Shown: positions 33,414-42,878 of the stretch, piece by piece
Position numbering within the stretch: position 1 is the first letter of the stretch
Layout: every line of letters begins with the position of its first letter
Assembly (NCBI GenBank): GCA_040755455.1
Contig: JBFMAY010000004.1
Span: 1-64,000, forward strand
Direction: 5' to 3'
Origin: Thermodesulfobacteriota bacterium
GTDB taxonomy: Bacteria > Desulfobacterota > Desulfobulbia > Desulfobulbales > SURF-16
DNA: 64,000 nt
The notes under the pieces: model-generated
Told to the model about the DNA's origin: nothing
Database searches by the model: none
Seen by the model: only the letters and a program-made list of their open reading frames with translations
Program-made: the position numbers and the translations under genes

Positions 33414-33743
33414 ATGGCCAAGGAACAGAAGCCGCACAAAGAACATCTCCCTGAAATTGTTGAAAAAAAATATCAAAGGCGGGAGCAGGCCCGGCAGGAA
33501 AAACAAAAACCGATATTTTTCGGCCTCGGCATGTTCGGCACCATAGGCTGGACCGTGGCTCTGCCCACCGTCATCGGCACCTTCATCGGCCGCTGGCTTG
33601 ACGGGCTGCACCTGCTGGACACCCACATTTCCTGGACTCTTACCGGCCTGTTCGGCGGTTTATTTCTCGGTGCGGTTGCGGCCTGGCGCTGGGTAAAAAA
33701 AGAAAGCAGCAGCCCCCGTTATGGAGGGTCAAATGCAGATTGA
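33414..33743 (+). CDS. atpQ: N-ATPase AtpQ (AtpZ/AtpI-like, 2 TM)
   Basis: FGLGMFGTIGWTVALPT..G.FIGRWLD, SWTLT; canonical operon position. Confidence 0.85.
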   Translation: MAKEQKPHKEHLPEIVEKKYQRREQARQEKQKPIFFGLGMFGTIGWTVALPTVIGTFIGRWLDGLHLLDTHISWTLTGLFGGLFLGAVAAWRWVKKESSSPRYGGSNAD

Positions 33744-34035
33744 CCGTTTTATCATTCTCGCTGCCATGACTGTTGTCGGTTTTGCTGTCGGTCTTGTTTA
33801 TTTCCAGGGCCTATGGCTGACATTAAGCAGATACAGCGGCAAAAAAAATTTCAGCTCCAAACTTTTTGTCAGCTTTCTCATCCGCCTGACTCTGGCCATA
33901 GGGGTGTTTTATTATTGCATGCAGGATGACTGGCAGAGACTTATCCTGCTGCTCATCGGCTTCCTGATTGCCCGGCAGGTGATGATTCGCAGACTCGGGG
34001 AGCCAGCCCCTGCTGCCAAACCACCTATGAATTGA
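33733..34035 (+). CDS. atpR: N-ATPase AtpR (3 TM)
   Basis: YFQGLWLT, SFLIRL, GFLIAR (Arg residues in TM helices); RBS GGAGG. Confidence 0.85.
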   Translation: MQIDRFIILAAMTVVGFAVGLVYFQGLWLTLSRYSGKKNFSSKLFVSFLIRLTLAIGVFYYCMQDDWQRLILLLIGFLIARQVMIRRLGEPAPAAKPPMN

Positions 34036-34039
34036 CGCC

Positions 34040-34780
34040 ATGAAATTTTCACCTGACCAGTTTGTCATTATCGATTGGGGCTGGGGTCAGCTCAATGCCA
34101 CCATTCTCTTTACCTGGTTTGAAATGCTGCTGCTGGTAGCCGGCTCCCGGCTGATCACCAGAAGACTGTCAAACGATGTGACCATCAGCCGCTGGCAGAA
34201 TCTGCTGGAGATCCTTGTCGGCGGCATTGCCCGGCAAATTGAGGAAATCACCGGACAAAAGCCCGAACCTTTTCTGCCCTTTATCGCCACCCTCTTCATC
34301 TTTATCCTGCTCTCCAATCTGCTGTCGGTTGTCCCATTTTATCAGCCCCCCACCGCCTCTCTTTCCACCACCAGCGCCCTGGCGCTCTGCGTTTTTATGG
34401 CCGTGCCCTTTTATGGTCTGTCCACCAGAAGTCTCGGCAGCTATCTCAGGCAATATCTCGAGCCGACAGTTTTCATGCTGCCGTTTAATATCCTCGGTGA
34501 GCTGTCCCGCACCCTGGCCCTGGCTGTCCGTTTATATGGCAACGTCTTGAGCGGTACGATAATCGGCTTTGTTCTCCTCCTCATCGTGCCGTTTTTTTTA
34601 CCCGTTGCCATGGATGCCCTGGGACTCTTGACCGGAACCATTCAGGCATATATTTTTGCGCTGCTGGCCATGGTTTACATCGCCTCGGTATTGAAAATTG
34701 AGGAAATTGAACCATCATCCAGTCGCAATACCGAGATGAATGCCAAGAAAATTTCACAACAAACCCGTCAAACACAATAA
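34040..34780 (+). CDS. atpB: N-ATPase subunit a
   Basis: PPTASLSTT, ELSRTLALAVRLYGN, IQAYIF. Confidence 0.95.
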   Translation: MKFSPDQFVIIDWGWGQLNATILFTWFEMLLLVAGSRLITRRLSNDVTISRWQNLLEILVGGIARQIEEITGQKPEPFLPFIATLFIFILLSNLLSVVPFYQPPTASLSTTSALALCVFMAVPFYGLSTRSLGSYLRQYLEPTVFMLPFNILGELSRTLALAVRLYGNVLSGTIIGFVLLLIVPFFLPVAMDALGLLTGTIQAYIFALLAMVYIASVLKIEEIEPSSSRNTEMNAKKISQQTRQTQ

Positions 34781-34792
34781 AAGGGGGGAAAT

Positions 34793-35071
34793 ATGGGAGC
34801 AATAGAGTTAATCGGAATGATGTCGGTACTGGCAGCCGGCCTGTGCATGGGCCTTGGCGCCCTCGGTCCGGCCATCGGAGAAGGGATGGCCGCTGCGGCA
34901 GCCCTGCGTTCCATTGCGCAGCAGCCGGATGAATCCGGGACAATAACTCGCACGCTGTTTGTCTCCATGGCCATGATTGAATCCACCGGTATCTACTCGC
35001 TTGTCATTGCCATCATCCTGATCTTTGCCAACCCCTTCTGGGATTACGCCGTCAAACATGCTGCGGGTTAA
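34793..35071 (+). CDS. atpE: N-ATPase subunit c (Na+-type signature)
   Basis: GPAIGEG...AQQPD...MIESTGIY. Confidence 0.96.
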   Translation: MGAIELIGMMSVLAAGLCMGLGALGPAIGEGMAAAAALRSIAQQPDESGTITRTLFVSMAMIESTGIYSLVIAIILIFANPFWDYAVKHAAG

Positions 35072-35074
35072 CCA

Positions 35075-35842
35075 ATGGCCATAGACTGGTTTACCCTTTG
35101 CGCCCAGATCATCAATTTCCTCGTGCTGGTCTGGCTGCTGAAAAAGGTGCTCTATCAACCCGTGCTGCACGCCATGGCAGAGCGACAAGCAAAGATTGCC
35201 GCACGGTTAAACGATGCTGAAGAAAAGGCAGCCCAGGCGGAGTGCGAAAAAAGGGAGTTTCTTGGCCTGCAGCAACAGCTCAAAGCCTCTGCCGCCGATG
35301 AAATGATGCGGGCAAAAAAAGAAGCGGACCAGTTCCGCGACGAACTGGTTGCCGCAATGCGCCGGGAGATCGAGGCAAACCGCGCCCAGTTGCTCGCTTC
35401 CCTTGCCAAGGAAAAGGAATCTTTCTTGAAGGAAACGAGCCTGACGATCGCCAAAGGCTTCCATCGACTGGCGATGAACACCCTGCGCGACCTGGCCGGC
35501 GATGACCTTGAGAAAAGAGTGCTGACGGTTTTTCTCTCGGAACTCGGAAAACTGTCCCCTGGGGACAACGCCCAGATCAGCAGTTTCATAGCCGAGACCG
35601 GTGACCAGGTCACAGTCACCAGCGCCTTTGCCCTCTCCTCTCTTTTAAAGGATGAAATCATAAGAACCCTTGAATCCATGTGGGGGAAAAATCTGATCTG
35701 CCAATTTCTAGTTGACGAGTCCCTGCTGGCCGGAATCCATATCGAGATTGCCGGCAAAAAAATAGAGTGGGACGTGGGAATCTATCTTGAAAAATTTGAA
35801 AAGGAACTTGCCGCCCACCTGGAGCGGGAGAACTTCGCCTAA
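35075..35842 (+). CDS. atpF: N-ATPase subunit b with delta-like C-terminal extension
   Basis: IDWFTLCAQIINFLVLVWLL..LY.P; 255 aa, extended; no separate atpH in the operon. Confidence 0.93.
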   Translation: MAIDWFTLCAQIINFLVLVWLLKKVLYQPVLHAMAERQAKIAARLNDAEEKAAQAECEKREFLGLQQQLKASAADEMMRAKKEADQFRDELVAAMRREIEANRAQLLASLAKEKESFLKETSLTIAKGFHRLAMNTLRDLAGDDLEKRVLTVFLSELGKLSPGDNAQISSFIAETGDQVTVTSAFALSSLLKDEIIRTLESMWGKNLICQFLVDESLLAGIHIEIAGKKIEWDVGIYLEKFEKELAAHLERENFA

Positions 35843-35857
35843 CCCAATCTGAAAATT

Positions 35858-37378
35858 ATGCTGAAAGCATCGCTTGAAAAAACCCGCATCGCCTTGGAAC
35901 GCACCCTGGACTCCCATGGATTTTCACTGAAAGCCGAGGATGTGGGCCGGATTATGTCAATCACCGGACCGGTTGCCTATGCCAGTGGCCTGAACGGGGT
36001 CACTGCCGAAGAGATGGTGCAGGCCGAGAACGGAACTCTCGGCATCGTTGCCAGTCTGGATCCTGAAAAAGTCGGCATCATCCTGCTGGACACAGGCAAT
36101 TCGCTCAAGGCCGGTCATGAGATCAAAAGGCTCGGAAGGGTGGCCGACGTGGTGGTGGGGGAGGCACTGCTGGGCAGGGTGATTGACGCCACCGGCAAAC
36201 CTCTTGACGACAAGGGAATGATCCCGCATCTAGCCAGACGCCCTCTTGAGCACCCGGCACCGGCAATCATGGATCGCCTGCCGGTGGAAAATCCCCTGGA
36301 AACAGGCATCAAGGTCATTGATGCCCTGATCCCCATCGGCAAAGGGCAGCGGGAACTGATCCTCGGCGACCGCCAGACCGGCAAGACATCCATCGCCCTG
36401 GATGCCATCGCGAACCAGAAGGACAAGGACGTCATCTGCATCTATGCCGCCATCGGGCAACGGGAATCAGCGGTGGCCAAGGTGCTTCATGAACTTGCCG
36501 AGCATGGCGCCATGGCCTATACGGTGTTGGTTGCCTCAAGCGGCCAGGATGCGCCGGGGCTGCAGTTCATCACTCCTTACGCCGCCACCAGCATCGGCGA
36601 ATATTTCATGGGCAAGGGCAGAAATGTTCTCATCGTTTATGATGATCTTACCCGGCACGCCCGTGCCTATCGGGAAATATCTCTTCTGCTGGAAAGATCA
36701 CCGGGCAGAGAGGCCTATCCGGGCGATATCTTTTACATCCATTCCCGGCTGCTGGAAAGAGCAACCCATCTGCGCAGGGACCTGGGCGGCGGCAGTCTGA
36801 CCGCCCTGCCCATTGTTGAAACCGAGGCGCAGAACCTCGCAGCCTATATTCCAACCAATATCATCTCCATCACTGACGGCCAGATCTATCTTTCGCCGGA
36901 TCTCTTCTCCAAGGGCACGCTGCCCGCGGTTGATGTCGGCAAATCAGTTTCCAGAGTTGGCGCAAAGGCCCAGAAAGTTGCCTACCGCGATCTTGTCGGC
37001 CAGCTGCGTCTTGCCTATGCCCAGTTCGAGGAACTTGAAACCTTTGCCCGTTTCGCCACAAGACTTGATGATAATACCAGGAGAGCCCTGGAGCGGGGCA
37101 AGCGGGTCAGGGAAGTGCTTCGGCAGAGCAGATACTCCCCCTTGAAGGACTATGAACAGGTGGCGGTCATGCTGGCCCTCACCGAAGGTCTGCTTGACGC
37201 CATTGACGTCAACAAAATCAAGGCGGCCGAACAAAAAATTACGGATAAAACATTCAGGGACCTCCCCCATATCTGTCAAAAAATCCATCAGGGAGATACA
37301 CTCGCCGACGAGGAGAAAACATCCCTGCTCGCCTCCTGCCGGCAGGCCATTGCCACCCTTACCGGCAATATGGAATAA
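35858..37378 (+). CDS. atpA: N-ATPase alpha subunit
   Basis: [39 protein letters not shown]. Confidence 0.96.
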   Translation: MLKASLEKTRIALERTLDSHGFSLKAEDVGRIMSITGPVAYASGLNGVTAEEMVQAENGTLGIVASLDPEKVGIILLDTGNSLKAGHEIKRLGRVADVVVGEALLGRVIDATGKPLDDKGMIPHLARRPLEHPAPAIMDRLPVENPLETGIKVIDALIPIGKGQRELILGDRQTGKTSIALDAIANQKDKDVICIYAAIGQRESAVAKVLHELAEHGAMAYTVLVASSGQDAPGLQFITPYAATSIGEYFMGKGRNVLIVYDDLTRHARAYREISLLLERSPGREAYPGDIFYIHSRLLERATHLRRDLGGGSLTALPIVETEAQNLAAYIPTNIISITDGQIYLSPDLFSKGTLPAVDVGKSVSRVGAKAQKVAYRDLVGQLRLAYAQFEELETFARFATRLDDNTRRALERGKRVREVLRQSRYSPLKDYEQVAVMLALTEGLLDAIDVNKIKAAEQKITDKTFRDLPHICQKIHQGDTLADEEKTSLLASCRQAIATLTGNME

Positions 37379-37382
37379 AGCC

Positions 37383-38288
37383 ATGGATACCTTACTGACC
37401 CTGGACAAGAGGATAACAACAACAACCAAACTGCAGGGTATCGTCAAAAGCATGAAAACCCTGTCTGCCGTAAATATCCGTCAGTATGAACGTGCACTTG
37501 CCTCGCTGGACACCTTTGCCGAGGTCATAGAACTGGGGCTGCAGACGGCACTCAAGGAAACGTCACTGCCGGGACAAACCACCGCACCCGATCAATTCCC
37601 TAGAGGATTGATCGTCTTCGGTTCGGATCAGGGCCTTTGCGGCAGATTCAATGAACGTCTCGCAGATTTTATCAGGCAGCAGCTTGTCAGCATGGCGATC
37701 ACTGATTTCTCATCCCTCAAACTTTTGGTGATCGGCGCACGAATCGCAGCCCGGCTCGAGGCGGCCGGATTTATTATTGACACACAGTTCTGGGTGCCCG
37801 GCTCCGTCAACGGTATTAATGCCAATATCTACCAGGTGCTTCTCAGCGTGGAGGAGTGGCTTAAAGATCACAAGATATCCCAGGTTGATATCTTCTTTAA
37901 TAAATATGAAAAATCAGCCGTGGCCAGGCCCCATCACCAGGTTTTACTCCCTATTGATAATGAGCATCTGCGATCACTGCGGCAACAGCGATGGCCGGGC
38001 AGATCCCTGCCCTGCTTCCGGGTGCCGGCCCATCAGCTTTTTTCTGGCTTGATCCGCCAGTATCTGTTCGCCAAGCTTTTCCGCAGCCAGGCCGAGTCCC
38101 TGGCCAGTGAACAGGCAAGCCGGCTGAGATCCCTGCAGAATGCGGAAAAAAATATTGAAGAACATATTGAAGAACTGCGAGGCGCATACAGGATAAAACG
38201 GCAGGCAACCATCACCTCGGAATTGCTTGACCTGGTCGCCGGATTCAAAGCGACTGTTCACGGCGATCACAAAACATCCGAGCAGTGA
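37383..38288 (+). CDS. atpG: N-ATPase gamma subunit
   Basis: IVKSMKTLSA, FGSDQGLCGRFN, SEQASRL, RQATITSELLD; ATG 37383 is 4 nt after the atpA stop. Confidence 0.95.
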   Translation: MDTLLTLDKRITTTTKLQGIVKSMKTLSAVNIRQYERALASLDTFAEVIELGLQTALKETSLPGQTTAPDQFPRGLIVFGSDQGLCGRFNERLADFIRQQLVSMAITDFSSLKLLVIGARIAARLEAAGFIIDTQFWVPGSVNGINANIYQVLLSVEEWLKDHKISQVDIFFNKYEKSAVARPHHQVLLPIDNEHLRSLRQQRWPGRSLPCFRVPAHQLFSGLIRQYLFAKLFRSQAESLASEQASRLRSLQNAEKNIEEHIEELRGAYRIKRQATITSELLDLVAGFKATVHGDHKTSEQ

Positions 38289-39007
38289 CGTGCTAAATTT
38301 GCCCGCTTCAACAGAAGCCTTTCACCTATCTTTTATCTGTCCAGAAAAACCCCAGCAAATATTCAACCCAATAAATTGGTTATCAAAAATAAAGCAAGAA
38401 ATTATGCGCAAATCCGCAGTCCTGATCACCATCGCCACTATCATGTCATTACCTGTGTACCACAAGCAACATAACTTATTGAGATATTGCAAAAATAAAA
38501 AACACGAATTGGGACTGAACGCAAAAAAAAAATTTCCCCTCCTTCCTCTATGGTTGCAAAAAACAATAGAATTCTGTTTTCTGCGACAATTTACCACACG
38601 GCAAATTTATCGCTAAGTAGTTATACTGGCGCGAACAAAAATTGAGCATTCATTTTTTTACAAAATCTTTTATAATTTTTGTTAAAAAATGAATTGCTAA
38701 TTTTTTGTTTATTTTTTAAAAATGATAAAAATTTTGGTTAATTACTGTTTTCAATTTTTATTATAACATGTAGTATTAAGCATAGATAAGCACTTCATTC
38801 TGAATCAAAGCAAATAGTGTCAATTTTATTTAGGCGATTTTTTTATTAAAACAGAAAAAACTCAAATTCTAAAAAATGCCGTAGAATTCATCTTTGCACA
38901 GTGAATCACACAGTACCCGGTTCCATTTGTGGACTGGCTCATGGACTTCACTGAGCAAATGTATATTTACGGTATTTAGACAAACAGAAGATGATGAGGG
39001 AGGGATA

Positions 39008-40210
39008 ATGAAAAATCATTTAAGCAGATGTGTCTGCCTCTTTCTAATGATTTGGATGGTTTCAACACTGAATGCTCCATCCTTCATTTACGCGGCGGAT
39101 GAAGAAGCATGTAGCGTATGTCACAAGTACCCGGGTTTGGCCAGGATTGATACCCAGACAGGCATGTCACGCTTATTTTACGTCAGCGAAAAGCTATACA
39201 GCAACTCCGTTCATGGTAAAGTGCTGTGCAGAAACTGCCATCTGAATCTTGATGTGATCCCGCACACCGATGCAAAGAAAGTGGACTGTTCCACCAAATG
39301 TCACCTCAAGGAACCATCCACCGACAAGGAATTCTCCCACGGCGCCATTTATGCTGAATTCAACACCAGCATCCATGGCCAGTATACCCCGGAGATGACG
39401 AAAAAATGCACCGAGGATCTGCCGCGCTGCACCGACTGTCATGTGAACACAGTCTACCAGCCCATATCCGACCTCGCGACCATGAAGCCCGGTGTCTCAA
39501 CCGATGCCGTGCGGCGCTGCTTGGGATGCCATGAGAACAAGGAGTGGACCAACCGCTTCTACCAGCATTTCGCCCACAGGATGCACCGGTCAAAGACCGC
39601 TGTTGAGACAGTTAAACTCTGTCTTGCCTGCCACAAGGACGAAAAGAAAATGGCCCGTCACGGTCTGACTGCCACCACCAACTACAAGGATACCTTCCAC
39701 TGGAAAGGCGTCTTGTACGGTGACCCGAACATGCCCGATTGCCTCAGTTGCCATGCGCCGGTAGGCTATACGGTTCACGCCATGAAAACCGGGACCAATC
39801 CCGGCTCGCCTGTTCATAAAAACAATCTGCAGCAGACCTGTGCCAATCTGAACGGCACCCAGATATGTCATCCCAAAGCCACCGAGCAGTTTGCAACCGG
39901 TAAAATCCATCCGACGGGCACCGGATTCGAAAAACAGGTTGCCGCCCATCTCGAGGGAGAAGCAACATTGCAGGATATGGAAAGTCTGCGGCATGAGCGG
40001 CGTTTCCGTGACGTGGCCAGCATGACGGCCGAGGATGCCGACCTCTCCAAAATGGATGAAAAGGAACTTTTTCATCGGAAAGTCTATATGATTGTAAAAT
40101 ATGTCTACACCCTTTTGATCACTGTGGTGATTGGAGGAATGATGGCTCACCAGGTGCTGGATTTCATAAGAATACTCATAAACAAAAGCAGAAATAAACA
40201 TCTGGGATAA
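39008..40210 (+). CDS. Membrane-anchored multiheme cytochrome c (6 CxxCH + CX3CH + CX8CH), resembles the c domain of CbcL
   Basis: Signal peptide; CSVCH, CRNCH, CSTKCH, CTDCH, CLGCH, CLACH, CLSCH, CANLNGTQICH; C-terminal TM helix ending GGMMAHQVLDF; purine-rich RBS before ATG 39008. Confidence 0.9.
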   Translation: MKNHLSRCVCLFLMIWMVSTLNAPSFIYAADEEACSVCHKYPGLARIDTQTGMSRLFYVSEKLYSNSVHGKVLCRNCHLNLDVIPHTDAKKVDCSTKCHLKEPSTDKEFSHGAIYAEFNTSIHGQYTPEMTKKCTEDLPRCTDCHVNTVYQPISDLATMKPGVSTDAVRRCLGCHENKEWTNRFYQHFAHRMHRSKTAVETVKLCLACHKDEKKMARHGLTATTNYKDTFHWKGVLYGDPNMPDCLSCHAPVGYTVHAMKTGTNPGSPVHKNNLQQTCANLNGTQICHPKATEQFATGKIHPTGTGFEKQVAAHLEGEATLQDMESLRHERRFRDVASMTAEDADLSKMDEKELFHRKVYMIVKYVYTLLITVVIGGMMAHQVLDFIRILINKSRNKHLG

Positions 40211-40215
40211 CAGCT

Positions 40216-41814
40216 ATGGACTCCGATAAAATAATTGGCAAAAATGGTGAGATGATGCATAACAACGACAACCTCCCCAAGGAAATAGTAAGGCTGAACG
40301 CTTCAGAGCGCCTTCAGCACCTAATAACCTTTGTAACCTTCTTCATCCTGGTAATAACGGGATACATGCTCAAGGTACCTGAGGCATGGATTCTCAAACT
40401 GGGACCATATGGCAATCTCATATTTGAATACCGAGGCCTGATCCACAGAATAGCCGGCGTCATCATGATCATCGGCTCTCTCGATCACGTCCGTTACTGT
40501 CTTTTCACCAAAGATGGGCGATCCTTCATCATGGCCATGATTCCCACCTTAAAGGATGTAACCGATATCATCCAGAATATGGCCTACTATTTCGGACAAC
40601 GGCCTGAACCGCCCGAATTTGAACGTTTCGATTACCGGGAAAAGGCTGAATACCTGGCTCTGGTAGCCGGAACCATCATCATATCCGTGACCGGCATCTT
40701 CCTCTGGACGGAAGTATACTGGAGTAAATTCGTACTGGATCTCTCGATTCTGATTCACGGCATGGAGGCCTGCCTGGCCACCATGGCCATCATTGTATGG
40801 CATTTCTATCAGGTTCACTTCAAACCGGGCCAGTTCCCCATGAGCAGGGTGTGGATAGACGGCAAGATGTCTAACCACCATTTGAAAATAGAACATGGCG
40901 CCATGTACAACCGGCTGGTTGCCGAAGGAAAGCTCGCTCCCGTCGATGAGCACGACCATGGCCATGGCCACGGCAAGAAAACCGGCGGTCAGGCTATCTT
41001 CGAATTCTTGACCTATTGTTCCATAGCTTTCTTTATCGGCGTGATGTTTTTACTGGGCAAGCTTCTCTATTTTCCGCCAACCTATACCGCCAAGGCCAAG
41101 AACTTGCCAACAAACGGCTTTGACAAATTGGTCAAGAGTGAAAGTGAGCAAGAAAAATACCGCGGTCATTTTCATAACATAGACGATAGTATTAACCTGC
41201 ACTTGGCTACGCCCCAGTTCTGTGTGACCTGCCATGGCACCTTACCGCACAGCAAGGCCCCTGATATCAGGTCTTTCCTTAACATGCATAATTATTTCAT
41301 GGCCTGTGAGGTTTGCCATGTCCGTGAGGAAAACTTCTCCGGCAAATTCAACTACATCTGGTTCGACAACATGACGGATCAGAAGATGGATAAAATTGAG
41401 GGTAACAATGGAGTTTACGGTGCACGGCTGATTCCGGTACTCGTATCCGACAGTAAAAGCGGCAGTGAAATTCGCCGCATGGATCAGGCGGAAGATCCGA
41501 ACTTCATTAAATCATTCATTGCCCAGAAGGATATACTGACACCTGAAGAACAGGGTAAGGCCAAAGTCATCATCCATAAGAACATGGCTAAAAAACCTGT
41601 ACAGTGCACGGAATGTCACAGCAGCAAGCAACCCTATATCGATCTGGCGCGTGTTGGCTATTCACAAAAGCGGGCTGAAAGTCTCTACCGGACGGAAGTT
41701 GCCGACATGATTAATAGATACATGCAGTTCTATCTGCCGACCATGTTTGATCCCGATCTGATGAGAAAGCAGAAAGTAAACGAGCTGAAAATGGAGAATC
41801 GTTCCACCGACTAA
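40216..41814 (+). CDS. Cytochrome b (FdnI/HydC-like) fused to a C-terminal triheme c domain
   Basis: ERLQH, IHRIAG, FDYREKAEY, IHGMEA, VWHFY; fifth TM helix followed by CVTCH, CEVCH, CTECH. Confidence 0.9.
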   Translation: MDSDKIIGKNGEMMHNNDNLPKEIVRLNASERLQHLITFVTFFILVITGYMLKVPEAWILKLGPYGNLIFEYRGLIHRIAGVIMIIGSLDHVRYCLFTKDGRSFIMAMIPTLKDVTDIIQNMAYYFGQRPEPPEFERFDYREKAEYLALVAGTIIISVTGIFLWTEVYWSKFVLDLSILIHGMEACLATMAIIVWHFYQVHFKPGQFPMSRVWIDGKMSNHHLKIEHGAMYNRLVAEGKLAPVDEHDHGHGHGKKTGGQAIFEFLTYCSIAFFIGVMFLLGKLLYFPPTYTAKAKNLPTNGFDKLVKSESEQEKYRGHFHNIDDSINLHLATPQFCVTCHGTLPHSKAPDIRSFLNMHNYFMACEVCHVREENFSGKFNYIWFDNMTDQKMDKIEGNNGVYGARLIPVLVSDSKSGSEIRRMDQAEDPNFIKSFIAQKDILTPEEQGKAKVIIHKNMAKKPVQCTECHSSKQPYIDLARVGYSQKRAESLYRTEVADMINRYMQFYLPTMFDPDLMRKQKVNELKMENRSTD

Positions 41815-41819
41815 GACTA

Positions 41820-42878
41820 TTGACTAGGACCATGCACCTTTGCCTGCGAGAACATTCTGTCGATATACATTGCCAAGTTGCCAGCATAGCTGATTCGGCT
41901 CAATCAAAAAGTCGAGCCGCTATTGCCGGCAACCTCGGCAATGAAGGAAGACAGAACAGAAACAATACGGGGTGCTGGTTGTTATCTTTTATACTTTTCA
42001 CATTACTGCTTTTCCCGGGCGCCATCTTTGCGCAAGATGGCGCACCGCATATCATTCATTACCAACCTGTCCTGTCGATCTCAGGCTCAATGAAACTTCC
42101 CAGTGATGTTGCAGTTGACCAGAGCGGCAGGATATATATTTTAGACGGCACCGCCGACACTGTCAGAGTCTATTCCCCCAAGGGCGAACCATTATTTACC
42201 ATGGGTGGTCCGGGAATTCTCAAGCAACCGCTGGGTATTGATGTTTCCCCGGCGGGCGAGGTGCTCGTCGCGGATTCGGGAAATCACCGCCTGGCACTCT
42301 TCCCTGCTGAAGGAAAAAGTCCCCATTACATTGAAGTCCCCTCCCCGGCCGATGGTAAGCCGAGCGATCCAACTGATGTTAATTTCGGCCCTGACAACAC
42401 CTGTATTGCGGTTGACAATGATAATCACCGGGTAGTATCTCTCACCCATTCAGGCAAACTGGTCTGGGCAACAGGGACCATGGGACGTAATCCTGCTGAG
42501 TTCCGTTTTCCTTTCCTGATGGATATTGACTCTTCCGGCAGAATCTATATCGTTGAGGCGATCAATACACGGCTTCAGGTTCTTGAAGCCAATGGTGACT
42601 TTGCCCGCTTCATCGGTGAATGGGGAATCGAACCCGGTCAATTTTTCAGACCGAAGGGTGTGGTGGTAAACAACAACGAGGTCTTTGCCTCTGACAGTTA
42701 TCTCGGTGTTATTCAGGTGTTCAAACGGGAAGGAGGGCTTATCGGTATCATCGGTGACGGGAAAGGCAAGATCACCAAATTCAAGACCCCGATGGGGATG
42801 GCTGTTTCCGGCAACCGCCTGATCGTCGTTGAAATGTTCAACAACAGGGTGCTGGTTCTGGAAAGGCAGAGTCAGTGA
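41820..42878 (+). CDS. NHL-repeat beta-propeller protein, probably exported (start codon uncertain)
   Basis: Six repeats of the P..(V/I).V...G.(I/V)(Y/L)V.D..N.R type; hydrophobic segment ending AIFA. Confidence 0.9.
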   Translation: MTRTMHLCLREHSVDIHCQVASIADSAQSKSRAAIAGNLGNEGRQNRNNTGCWLLSFILFTLLLFPGAIFAQDGAPHIIHYQPVLSISGSMKLPSDVAVDQSGRIYILDGTADTVRVYSPKGEPLFTMGGPGILKQPLGIDVSPAGEVLVADSGNHRLALFPAEGKSPHYIEVPSPADGKPSDPTDVNFGPDNTCIAVDNDNHRVVSLTHSGKLVWATGTMGRNPAEFRFPFLMDIDSSGRIYIVEAINTRLQVLEANGDFARFIGEWGIEPGQFFRPKGVVVNNNEVFASDSYLGVIQVFKREGGLIGIIGDGKGKITKFKTPMGMAVSGNRLIVVEMFNNRVLVLERQSQ

